64,000 nucleotides of DNA from an uncultured Pseudodesulfovibrio sp. Its GTDB lineage: Bacteria; Desulfobacterota; Desulfovibrionia; Desulfovibrionales; Desulfovibrionaceae. Shown piece after piece: positions 27,206 to 35,792 of this stretch. The position numbers were made by a program, and so were the translations under genes. The stretch spans positions 50,486-114,485 of the forward strand of contig CAXXUE010000002.1 of assembly GCA_963662475.2 (NCBI GenBank). Direction: 5' to 3'. Each line of letters begins with the position of its first letter. The stretch's first letter is position 1. The notes beneath the pieces are model-generated. The model worked only from the letters and a program-made list of their open reading frames with translations, had not been told where the DNA came from and made no database searches.

Positions 27206-29020
27206 CTAGGATTCCTCGTTCTCTTTGTCGGGAAAAAACAACTGCACCTGCACGCCCTTGCCGGGCTCGGAATCGATGACCACCCTGCCCTTGTGGACGC
27301 GCATGATGTTCTGGACGATGGCCAGGCCCAGTCCGGTGCCGGTCTTCTTTCCGGTAACGAATGGCTTGAACACGTCGCCCTTGATATCCGGGTTCATGCC
27401 GGGACCGTCATCGGCCACGGTGAGCCAAACACCACCATCCCCGGGGCTGGAAGTGATCCGGACGCAGCCGGGCTTGGGACAGTCGTCGCAATCGGCCATG
27501 GCGTCGAGACTATTGGATATCAGATTGAGCAACACCTGCCGAAGCGCATCCGGGTCGGCGTAAACCGTCTCGGTGCCGAACTCGAATTCGGGCGCGGCCT
27601 GCTTGTCCTCGAAATCAAATCGCATGAGCTGGCCCAGGGACTCTCCCAGGCTGACCAGATCGACCGCCACGGGATCGAGCTGGCGCGGACGGGCCAGATA
27701 GAGCAGGTCCGTGACCACACGATTGAGGCGGTCCGCCTCCTGTACCATGGTTGCGGCATATTGATCCAAGGGGGCCTGCCCCTTGAGCTTGGTGGCAAAA
27801 AGCTGGGCAAACCCGCGCAGGGCACTGAGGGGATTGCGCACCTCGTGGGCCACGCCCGCAGCCAAGGAACCGATGGCCGCCAAACGCTTGGCCTCATTGA
27901 GGTCCTCTTCCAGGGAACGAATTTCGGTGCGGTCGCGGATGAGCACCAGATGTTGGCCGAGTTCGGGCGCGGCCTCCTCATCGCTGGCCTGAAGCGGCAG
28001 GGAAAGGATTTCGAGCTGTCGGCCCTGGTAGTCGTACTGTTCCCAGGCGTAGGGGGCGTCCCCGGTCTTGAGGCCAAAGGAAAAGCTGCTCCAGCTGACG
28101 CCGAGAATCTCGGGCGGCACGGGCTCCCCTTGCGGGGCAAGCAATTTCTTGGCCGAACGGTTGGCGGCCAGAATTTCGCCGGATTCGGCCAGGGTGACCA
28201 GTCCGTCGGGCATGTTGTCGAGCAGCTTGTTCTGAAACCGCTCCATGCGCACGAGTTTGCGCCCCTCGCCGCGCCGTTTGAGATAGGCGAAAACCAGAGA
28301 CCAGAGCACCACGGCGGCCAGGAAGACATAGCCGGTTTGATAGATGGCGGCCCGGCGGTACTGCCGGAACTGGGCCAGATGCTTTTCGGCGTTGAGACCG
28401 ACCACAAGGTACACAGGCGCGGAATCCAGCGAACTGACCTCGGGCGGACGGCCGCGTCCCATGCCACGCCCCATACCCTGGCCCATGCCCTGGTCCGAAC
28501 TCTGACCCTTGCCGGGCCGAAAGTTCTCACCCCTGGAAAGGGCAGCCACGACCGGGTCCACCATCAGCCCGGAGATAAGCACGGCACGCTTGCCGAACTG
28601 GGCCATGACGTGCCAGGCGCGGCCCGGTTCCAAACCGTGAGCAACGGCGTCAGGCAGGTTGATTATCGGTTTTTTCTTGTCCTCGCCCGAGGTGACGACA
28701 GGGGTGCCGTCCGTGCCGAGCAGGGTGATGAATTCAATATCCTCGGAACGGGAAAGCTCGGTGAAAAGCTCCTCGGCCATGGCCGGAAAAATCGGCGCGG
28801 CCTGGGGATTCATGCGCAGGGAACGCCGAAAGCGCGACAGGTTGTTCTCCACACCGCGCAGGATAGAGGAACCGGTCATGATCATGTGGTCCTCCACAAT
28901 CTCACGCTGGTGCGCAATGGACCGCCAGGTCAGGTACAGACTCCCCAGCCCCAGCACGATGAGTGCCAGAACCAAGGCGACCAACGGGCCTTTTTCCTTT
29001 CCAAGAGAATGAACTTCCAT
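27206..29020 (-). CDS. zraS: Sensor histidine kinase (ZraS-like)
   Basis: 2 TM, Gly-rich periplasmic loop, PAS, AHEVRNPL, GTGLGL. Confidence 0.75.
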   Translation of the reverse strand: MEVHSLGKEKGPLVALVLALIVLGLGSLYLTWRSIAHQREIVEDHMIMTGSSILRGVENNLSRFRRSLRMNPQAAPIFPAMAEELFTELSRSEDIEFITLLGTDGTPVVTSGEDKKKPIINLPDAVAHGLEPGRAWHVMAQFGKRAVLISGLMVDPVVAALSRGENFRPGKGQSSDQGMGQGMGRGMGRGRPPEVSSLDSAPVYLVVGLNAEKHLAQFRQYRRAAIYQTGYVFLAAVVLWSLVFAYLKRRGEGRKLVRMERFQNKLLDNMPDGLVTLAESGEILAANRSAKKLLAPQGEPVPPEILGVSWSSFSFGLKTGDAPYAWEQYDYQGRQLEILSLPLQASDEEAAPELGQHLVLIRDRTEIRSLEEDLNEAKRLAAIGSLAAGVAHEVRNPLSALRGFAQLFATKLKGQAPLDQYAATMVQEADRLNRVVTDLLYLARPRQLDPVAVDLVSLGESLGQLMRFDFEDKQAAPEFEFGTETVYADPDALRQVLLNLISNSLDAMADCDDCPKPGCVRITSSPGDGGVWLTVADDGPGMNPDIKGDVFKPFVTGKKTGTGLGLAIVQNIMRVHKGRVVIDSEPGKGVQVQLFFPDKENEES

Positions 29021-29028
29021 GATGAACC

Positions 29029-29847
29029 TTACTGCCCCCGAAGCGCGTTGTATACGTCACGGGGCATCTGTCCGCTTTCCGTAGCGATCTGCTTGAGGGT
29101 CATGTCGGCATCGGCTTTGAAGGACTTGGCCTTGAGCCGGGCCAGGGCATCGTCCACGGAAAGGCCGAAGGTCTGGCACACGTCGGTAAGCTTGAGCTTG
29201 CCCAGCCCCTGAGGCGGTTCGGCAGGCAGGACCTTGAACGGGTCGCCGCCAAGTCCGGCCCGGATATCGTCAAAGACCTGCTGCGGGCTGACCCCTTTGG
29301 TCCGGGCGATGTCTTTGATCGGGGTGCTCTCGTCCTTGTCCAGAGTGTATCCGGCCTTGCGCAGGACGGCCATGGCCTTGCCTGCGTCGAGTCCGAGATA
29401 CCCGCAAAACTTCTTGAGCTGGCTGTCCTCCGCATGGCCGTAGGGCGGATTGCCGTAGGTTGCCACGGCCCCCTCCTTGATGGCGGTGCTGAAGTCGAGG
29501 AACTGCTGCATGGGCGGCCACCCGAGCAGGGTCCCCGCGAAAACGAAAACCGTGATCGCCAGGCTGACGACCATGGGTCGGGTCATAATCACCAGCTCAC
29601 GCGCCTTGTTTTTCATGTAGGCGGTAATGGGCTTCCAGTTGAGCCAGATGTGGAGGAGTCCCGCGATAACGAACAAGGTGCCCACCGTGGTGTGGGTACC
29701 GCCCCAGTCGTCCTTGGTCATGCCGCAGAAAGTCCAATCGGCCCAGTTGGCCACCCGGCCATGGGGCACAATGTACAAAACCACGCTGGTGATCAGCGTG
29801 ACAATGAAGGAAAGCAGGGTGGTCAGCGAAGTAATCTTACGTAACAA
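29029..29847 (-). CDS. DUF4405-type membrane protein with two C-terminal repeats
   Basis: HTTVG and LHIWLNW His pair in TM helices; start placed at TTG 29847 after AGGAG. Confidence 0.8.
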   Translation of the reverse strand: MLRKITSLTTLLSFIVTLITSVVLYIVPHGRVANWADWTFCGMTKDDWGGTHTTVGTLFVIAGLLHIWLNWKPITAYMKNKARELVIMTRPMVVSLAITVFVFAGTLLGWPPMQQFLDFSTAIKEGAVATYGNPPYGHAEDSQLKKFCGYLGLDAGKAMAVLRKAGYTLDKDESTPIKDIARTKGVSPQQVFDDIRAGLGGDPFKVLPAEPPQGLGKLKLTDVCQTFGLSVDDALARLKAKSFKADADMTLKQIATESGQMPRDVYNALRGQ

Positions 29848-30014
29848 CGGATTCTCCTGAATCTTATGGTTGAGCAGGCACACTCCCAACCATGCTCTCC
29901 GAGCAATATACCTGATTTTTCATCGCATTGCAGTGCATTATTTTCAAATGACGGGACGGCCTCTCCCCATGAGAAACCGTCCCGTGCAATCCTGTTTTCC
30001 GGTTTATCGGAAAA

Positions 30015-30524
30015 TTATTGCCAGCGGGGTCCGCCACCGCGCTGACCGCGCCCCTGGCTGTAACCGGGACAGTTGTCAGGGCCGGAACCCGGGCCGCCGC
30101 AGTTGAGGCCCTGGCCGTTGCCGGGACCGAAGCCCCTGCCCACGCCCATTTCAAGACCGGTTTCCTTGGTCAATTCGTCACGCATGGCCTTGTTCAGGTC
30201 GACCATACGATCACGCAGGGTGTTGATGTCCTGAGTGAGCTTGGTGATCTTCTTCTCGTCGGCCTGGCCGCCGTTGATCATGGCCTGGAGCACGGCGTGC
30301 TTGGCCTGGAGGGAGGTTCTCACTTCATCGAACTTGGGACGGTAGCTTTCAACGATCTTGTCTACAGCCACCTGCTTTTCCGGGGTCAACTGACTGTACA
30401 GGCCCCTGGGCCCCTGGCCGCCACAGGCGCCACGGCCATAACCCGGACCTGCAGCAGCAAATCCTGCCACAGCCAGGACCAGAACCATGGACAATGCCAT
30501 TGTGGTAATGTTCTTCTTGGTCAT
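30015..30524 (-). CDS. zraP: Spy/CpxP/ZraP-family periplasmic protein
   Basis: Signal peptide, Gly-rich ends, LTPEKQ motif, helical core. Confidence 0.8.
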   Translation of the reverse strand: MTKKNITTMALSMVLVLAVAGFAAAGPGYGRGACGGQGPRGLYSQLTPEKQVAVDKIVESYRPKFDEVRTSLQAKHAVLQAMINGGQADEKKITKLTQDINTLRDRMVDLNKAMRDELTKETGLEMGVGRGFGPGNGQGLNCGGPGSGPDNCPGYSQGRGQRGGGPRWQ

Positions 30525-30594
30525 GTCGTCTCCTTGTTATTTAAGTGTGATGTAATTTGGAAGAAGCGTGCATCGCCTTCCCTACCCTCACCTA

Positions 30595-30611
30595 AGCATG
30601 GGACGTGCCAA
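30595..30611 (-). promoter_or_regulatory. sigma54 promoter for the zraP-like gene
   Basis: Minus strand TTGGCACGTCCCATGCT, GG-N10-GC. Confidence 0.8.
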
Positions 30612-30662
30612 GTTGTAACACATTGTATTTAAAAGAATTTATTAAATCTTAACAATCAGAAC

Positions 30663-30720
30663 AGCGCAATAAGTGCAAGTAATTGCGCTAAAAATTGCAC
30701 GCATTGTGCAAACAGTGCAA
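30663..30720. promoter_or_regulatory. Candidate upstream activator sequences
   Basis: AGCGCAAT/ATTGCGCT inverted pair (30663-30689) and TTGCAC-N5-GTGCAA (30695-30711), 50-110 bp upstream of the sigma54 promoter. Confidence 0.55.
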
Positions 30721-30797
30721 GAAAAATCCAGGCCGCCTTCACAGTCGCGCCGGTTGTCGCACCCAAAAGATGCGGGGGCGTTTTTCACCAAAGAATA

Positions 30798-32327
30798 TCA
30801 ATTCTTGGGCATGACAGCTGCCTTGACAGGAGGCTCCACATCCAAAACCGGACAGAGGAACAAGGAGACGGTGGTGCCCTCGCCGGGCACACTAGCCAAC
30901 TCCACATGGCCGCCGCACTCCTCAATGATCTTCTTGATCATCGGCAGACCGAGGCCGCTGCCGCCTTCCTTGGTCGAATAGAACGGATTGAAGGCCTGGT
31001 CCTGCTCGTGCTCGCTCATGCCGATACCCTGGTCCATGACCTTGATCAGAACTTCGCCCTTTTCCAGGCCGATCTCAAGGGTGATGACACCGCCGTTGCG
31101 CATGGCCTCAATGCCATTCTTGATGAGGTTGACCAGACATTGCTTGATGGCGTCCTGGTCACCCTGAACCGACGGCAGGACTTCGTCCGCCACGACCTCC
31201 ACGCTATACCCCTGCTGACCGTAGCCAATATCCATCAGTTCGCCCACGTCCTTGCAGACGCTCAGGATGTCCACGGAACCTCCCGGCGCGTGTGAGGAGC
31301 GTGCAAAATTGAGCATATTGGTGAGCATCCGGTCCAGCCGCTTGGTTTCATTGACGATGATCTGCACCTTTTCCCGCTCCTTCTCCCCCAGTCCGGGGGA
31401 CCGCAACAGGGAATTGGCAAACCCGCCCACCGCAAAAAGCGGGTTGCGGATCTCGTGGGCCAGGTAGGTGGACATCTCGCCGATAACAGCAAACTGATCC
31501 CGCTGCTGCTTATACTTCTCCCGATGGGTCCGCTCCGTGATATCCCGATGCATGACCATGATGTGCGTCATGTTTCCCCGAATGTCGTAGATGGGATAGG
31601 CATAGAGCCGATAATACTGGAGCAGGCCGCTTCCGTTGACCCGTGTAACCAGGGATTCCTCTTTTCCGCCGCTCTGCAGGGTCTTGTGAAACGGGCAGAT
31701 CGGGTCGAGATGGCTGCAAAAGCAGGAGCCGTCCCGCAGACGGGCCGCGTTCCAGCACGGCTTGCCCAGCAGACTCTTCCGGGAAACACCCGCCCGCTGC
31801 CAGACAATACGGTTCAAATCCACGACATTGCCGCTCTTGTCGAGCAGAAAGATATCCTCCCGGATCTCGTCGATGATTGATTGTATCAGGGTACGCTGAT
31901 GATCCATCTGGTTCATGTAGTTGCTCTTGACCAACGCCATGTCGTGCAGACCGCAGAAAAACACGACCTGCCGATGGTCCATCAGGGAGATGGAATTCGG
32001 CAACGCCCGGCGCAACTGCGCCAGCACAGCCATATCCCCGGTCATTTCGACCACCAGATTGATTTCAGGATGACTCGCGACCATCTCGTCCCAGGTCGTG
32101 TATACCGGACAAGACACCTCGCTCAAGCAGGCCTCCACCTCGACCCCGTCAGGGCAGCTCACAGCACACAGCTTCATCTCCGGCAGAAATTCACGAAACG
32201 CCTCGTTGTAGACGATGTCCACCAGGATACCCAATGCCGATCCGGAACCGACCACCCCCACGTTGAAGGGCCCCATGGTGCCATTCCAATAACATATCCC
32301 CAGATTCTCGTACGCAAAATCACCCAT
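30798..32327 (-). CDS. Cytoplasmic histidine kinase (Rossmann-like N-terminus, PAS)
   Basis: AHEIRNPL, NLIKNG, DQGIG, GSGLGL; no evident TM. Confidence 0.9.
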   Translation of the reverse strand: MGDFAYENLGICYWNGTMGPFNVGVVGSGSALGILVDIVYNEAFREFLPEMKLCAVSCPDGVEVEACLSEVSCPVYTTWDEMVASHPEINLVVEMTGDMAVLAQLRRALPNSISLMDHRQVVFFCGLHDMALVKSNYMNQMDHQRTLIQSIIDEIREDIFLLDKSGNVVDLNRIVWQRAGVSRKSLLGKPCWNAARLRDGSCFCSHLDPICPFHKTLQSGGKEESLVTRVNGSGLLQYYRLYAYPIYDIRGNMTHIMVMHRDITERTHREKYKQQRDQFAVIGEMSTYLAHEIRNPLFAVGGFANSLLRSPGLGEKEREKVQIIVNETKRLDRMLTNMLNFARSSHAPGGSVDILSVCKDVGELMDIGYGQQGYSVEVVADEVLPSVQGDQDAIKQCLVNLIKNGIEAMRNGGVITLEIGLEKGEVLIKVMDQGIGMSEHEQDQAFNPFYSTKEGGSGLGLPMIKKIIEECGGHVELASVPGEGTTVSLFLCPVLDVEPPVKAAVMPKN

Positions 32328-32371
32328 GAATCTTCTCCGTCATATTCTTCCACCCCAGATGCCGAACGCCG

Positions 32372-32797
32372 TCATTCATCGGAAAATCCGAGGAGATGGG
32401 ACACCTGAATTTCATGGTTTCGCAACAACTTACATTCCATGGCCCGGCTGACACACTCCAATATTTCCGACACGGATGCCGGCTTCAGGAGATAATCGAA
32501 CGCCCCCTTTTGAAGGAGTTTCGTGGCATCGGGCACCGAGACATGCCCCGTAAGACAGATTGTTTCGACGTCAAACCCGCGCTGCCGAATCTCCCGAAAG
32601 GTCTCCTCGCCGCTCATGCCGGGCATCTTCAGGTCGAGCAGGACCACATCGAAATCCCCGCTCTCCAGCTTCTTGATGGCGGTCGGTCCGTCCGGGGCCT
32701 CATCAACAACGTGGCCGTGTTCCGCCAACAGGCGGAGCATACTCTTCCGGAACCGGTCTTCGTCATCGACCAAAAGGATTCGTGCCGCAGTCTTCAT
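32372..32797 (-). CDS. Single-domain response regulator
   Basis: LLVDDE, LLDLKMP, YLLKP. Confidence 0.92.
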   Translation of the reverse strand: MKTAARILLVDDEDRFRKSMLRLLAEHGHVVDEAPDGPTAIKKLESGDFDVVLLDLKMPGMSGEETFREIRQRGFDVETICLTGHVSVPDATKLLQKGAFDYLLKPASVSEILECVSRAMECKLLRNHEIQVSHLLGFSDE

Positions 32798-32806
32798 GGC
32801 AACCTC

Positions 32807-33724
32807 TCATGCTTTTAATGGAATGCGAACGATAAAGGCAGCACCCTTCCCCAACTCGGAACGGACCGCGATCTCCCCCCCCAGTTGCGTGACGATACGC
32901 AGGCTCACGGAAAGCCCGAGGCCGGTCCCCTCGCCGGGTGCCTTGGTCGTGAAAAAGGGATTGAATATTCTGTCGATGTCGGCCTGAGCCACGCCCGGGC
33001 CGGTATCGCGGACCTCCACACACGCCATGGCCCCCTCGCAATACGTGGTCACATAGATTATCCCGTCGTTATTCACGGCCTGGACTGCGTTTATCAGCAG
33101 ATTGAGAAACACCTGACGCAACAACGGCGGATCGGTCTTGACCGGGCGCAAGTTGTTGTCGAAAGCCTTTATTATCTGAATCTTCGGGCCAGCTCCGCGT
33201 TCGAGCAGCCCCAACATGTCTTCGACCAACCGGTTGATGTCCGCAACCTGGGAGATGGGCACCCGATTACGTGCGAAATCGAGCAGCTTGTGCGTGATAT
33301 CGGAGCATCGTTCCACCTGCTTCAGGATGACATCCAGGCTCCCCCGGATTTCCTCCAGGGATTCCGGAGTTACCTCCTCCTTGAGATCCACCCGCATCAA
33401 CTCGGCCTCTTGCATGATGATATTCAACGGATTGTTGATCTCATGGGCGATGCCCGTGGAAATTTCCCCCAGGGCCAATATCTTTTGCGACTGAATGAGC
33501 TGATTGCCCAGCTCGGACTGTTCCTGACAGACGTGGCCCAACCATTGGTCGGTCGTTCGCATCAACAGCCATATCCCGACGGCCGCCAATGTGGCGACAA
33601 CGGGGACAGCAATCTCTATTCCCGCCGAAGGCCGTCTCCAGGCAATAGCCGCGAGTGCCAGGAATACCGAGGGCGCAACATATTGCCCCAGCCTGACTAT
33701 CCGTCTGGCCTTGGGCAACGTCAT
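32807..33724 (-). CDS. Small histidine kinase with two TM helices and no periplasmic domain
   Basis: [19 protein letters not shown]. Confidence 0.92.
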   Translation of the reverse strand: MTLPKARRIVRLGQYVAPSVFLALAAIAWRRPSAGIEIAVPVVATLAAVGIWLLMRTTDQWLGHVCQEQSELGNQLIQSQKILALGEISTGIAHEINNPLNIIMQEAELMRVDLKEEVTPESLEEIRGSLDVILKQVERCSDITHKLLDFARNRVPISQVADINRLVEDMLGLLERGAGPKIQIIKAFDNNLRPVKTDPPLLRQVFLNLLINAVQAVNNDGIIYVTTYCEGAMACVEVRDTGPGVAQADIDRIFNPFFTTKAPGEGTGLGLSVSLRIVTQLGGEIAVRSELGKGAAFIVRIPLKA

Positions 33725-34119
33725 GCAGTCCCTCCGCTTCCCCGCTTCAACTGGGAGTGTTCACAAGCGGCCCGTATCCGCTCCAGCAAATCGTCTATGG
33801 AAAACGGCTTGAGCATGTAATCATACGCTCCGTGACTCATGCCCTCGATGCCGGACTGCACGGAGCCGTGGCCGGTCAGCATGATGACCTCGGTGTCCCG
33901 GAACCGCTTCCGCATTTCCTTGAGTGTCTCGATACCATTCAGGCCGGGCATGCGGACGTCGAGGATAGCCACGTCAACCCGGTTTTCCGCCAGGAATTCA
34001 AGGGCCTCCTTTCCACCGGGAACCACGCTCACGTCGACATTCCGCTTTTCCAGTCGCCTTTTGATGAGTTTCAGGAAATCCAATTCGTCATCCACGACAA
34101 GGATCTTTATTCTGGCCAT
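33721..34119 (-). CDS. Single-domain response regulator
   Basis: VVDDE, ILDVRMP, YMLKP. Confidence 0.92.
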   Translation of the reverse strand: MARIKILVVDDELDFLKLIKRRLEKRNVDVSVVPGGKEALEFLAENRVDVAILDVRMPGLNGIETLKEMRKRFRDTEVIMLTGHGSVQSGIEGMSHGAYDYMLKPFSIDDLLERIRAACEHSQLKRGSGGTA

Positions 34120-35792
34120 GACTCCTCCAAGCGGCCGGGAAAGTGGGAATGAACAATGGGCAGGGAGATGGTAAACGTGGTCCCGACACCACGTTCACTC
34201 TGCACGGAAATCCTGCCGCCAAGCTTCTTGAGTGTGCTGTAAACGATGGAAAGGCCCAGCCCGGTGCCCTTGCCCGTGGCCTTGGTAGTGAAAAAGGGAT
34301 CAAACACCCGGGACAGGTTTTCCTCGGCAATACCTTCGCCGCTGTCCCTGATGTCCATGACCACATTATCACCCTCCACCTGAGTTTCCAAATGCAGGGC
34401 CCCCTTCTCGCCGATGGCGTCGATGGCATTTTCCAGCAGGTTGAGAATGACCTGCTGCACCTGGTTGGAATCGGTGGTGATCAGGGGCAGGTTCGGATCA
34501 AACTGACATTCCACCTCGATATTGCGGTGGCGAATTTCATTTTCCAGGAAAGAGACCGTCTGCCGCGCCAGCATGTTCAGGTCCACATCTTCCTGCATGG
34601 GCTCCATGCGGCGGGCGAACCCGAGCATGCGGTGGGTAACCGTACGCGCCCTTTCCACATGCCGGTCGATGTCGTTGGTGGCTTCCTGCAGGTCGTCCAC
34701 AGCCTGGGATTCCCCCAGTTCACCGTCGTTTATGATATCCCGTATCCACCCCGCGCTCTCCCGGATAATGGAGAGCGGATTGTTGATTTCGTGTGCCACC
34801 CCGGCCGCCAGCTTGCCCAGCGATGCCATCTTGCTGGACTGCATGACCGCTGCGTCCATGGACGCACGCTCCTTGTCCGCCTTCTTGAGCCGGGTGACCA
34901 CCGAGGCCACGGAGAGATAGGCCCCGATAAAGATCATCAGACCACAGGCCGCGAACAAAATATATATCAGGGACTGGGTCCTGAGCAGGGGCGAAAGCTC
35001 CTCCTCGGGATTCTCTATTACCACCAGCCGCCATTCCGTATGGGCCAGCGGTGTGATCCCGGCCACAAGGCTCGTCCCGTCCTCGTCCCATTCGAGGATA
35101 TCCACTCCGGCAACTCCCCTGCTCGCGGGCAAAGTCACCCTGGTCAGTGCCTTGCCACCAAACCGCGAGGGCGTCTGAAGCACGCCGTCACGATTGACCA
35201 GGTAAGCGTCCCCGAACTGGCCGGAGCGGACGTTACGGACCAGCGAAGTGAAGATATCAGAATCAATGGTCGCCCTCAGTATCCAGGTCCGGCCCGCTTC
35301 CCGCCGTTTCACCGCAATGATGAAGTGGGGAAAGTTGCGGAACCCCATGAACACGTCGCTGATGTACAACCCCTTGAGCATGACCTGATGAAACCAGGGT
35401 TCATCCCGATAGTTGACATCCTTGAGGTCAAATGGCCCACTGTACGCCTCGTGACGTCCATTCTGGCCAATGACCCCTATGTCAATAAAAGAGGGACTCG
35501 TCTCGTGCACGGTGTCGAACACTGCTTCCAGATATTTCTGGTCCGTTATCCGGGAAAAGGAATGCATCCCGGCCAGCATCTGGAGCTGCACGACCCGTTC
35601 GTTGAGAAACATGTCGATGGCGTCGCGCTTGTTGCTGACCACCAGGCGTAGGTTGCTGGTCAGCTTTTCCTCATACGACTGCCTGAACTCGGAATGGATA
35701 ACGTAACCCAGCGCAAAGAGAGGAAGAATAGACAACACCAGGGTCATCAGAATAAGATTCCAGCGCAACCTGACGTAGGACGTATCCGTCAT
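34107..35792 (-). CDS. Sensor histidine kinase with Cache-like periplasmic domain
   Basis: 2 [21 protein letters not shown]. Confidence 0.92.
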   Translation of the reverse strand: MTDTSYVRLRWNLILMTLVLSILPLFALGYVIHSEFRQSYEEKLTSNLRLVVSNKRDAIDMFLNERVVQLQMLAGMHSFSRITDQKYLEAVFDTVHETSPSFIDIGVIGQNGRHEAYSGPFDLKDVNYRDEPWFHQVMLKGLYISDVFMGFRNFPHFIIAVKRREAGRTWILRATIDSDIFTSLVRNVRSGQFGDAYLVNRDGVLQTPSRFGGKALTRVTLPASRGVAGVDILEWDEDGTSLVAGITPLAHTEWRLVVIENPEEELSPLLRTQSLIYILFAACGLMIFIGAYLSVASVVTRLKKADKERASMDAAVMQSSKMASLGKLAAGVAHEINNPLSIIRESAGWIRDIINDGELGESQAVDDLQEATNDIDRHVERARTVTHRMLGFARRMEPMQEDVDLNMLARQTVSFLENEIRHRNIEVECQFDPNLPLITTDSNQVQQVILNLLENAIDAIGEKGALHLETQVEGDNVVMDIRDSGEGIAEENLSRVFDPFFTTKATGKGTGLGLSIVYSTLKKLGGRISVQSERGVGTTFTISLPIVHSHFPGRLEESWPE

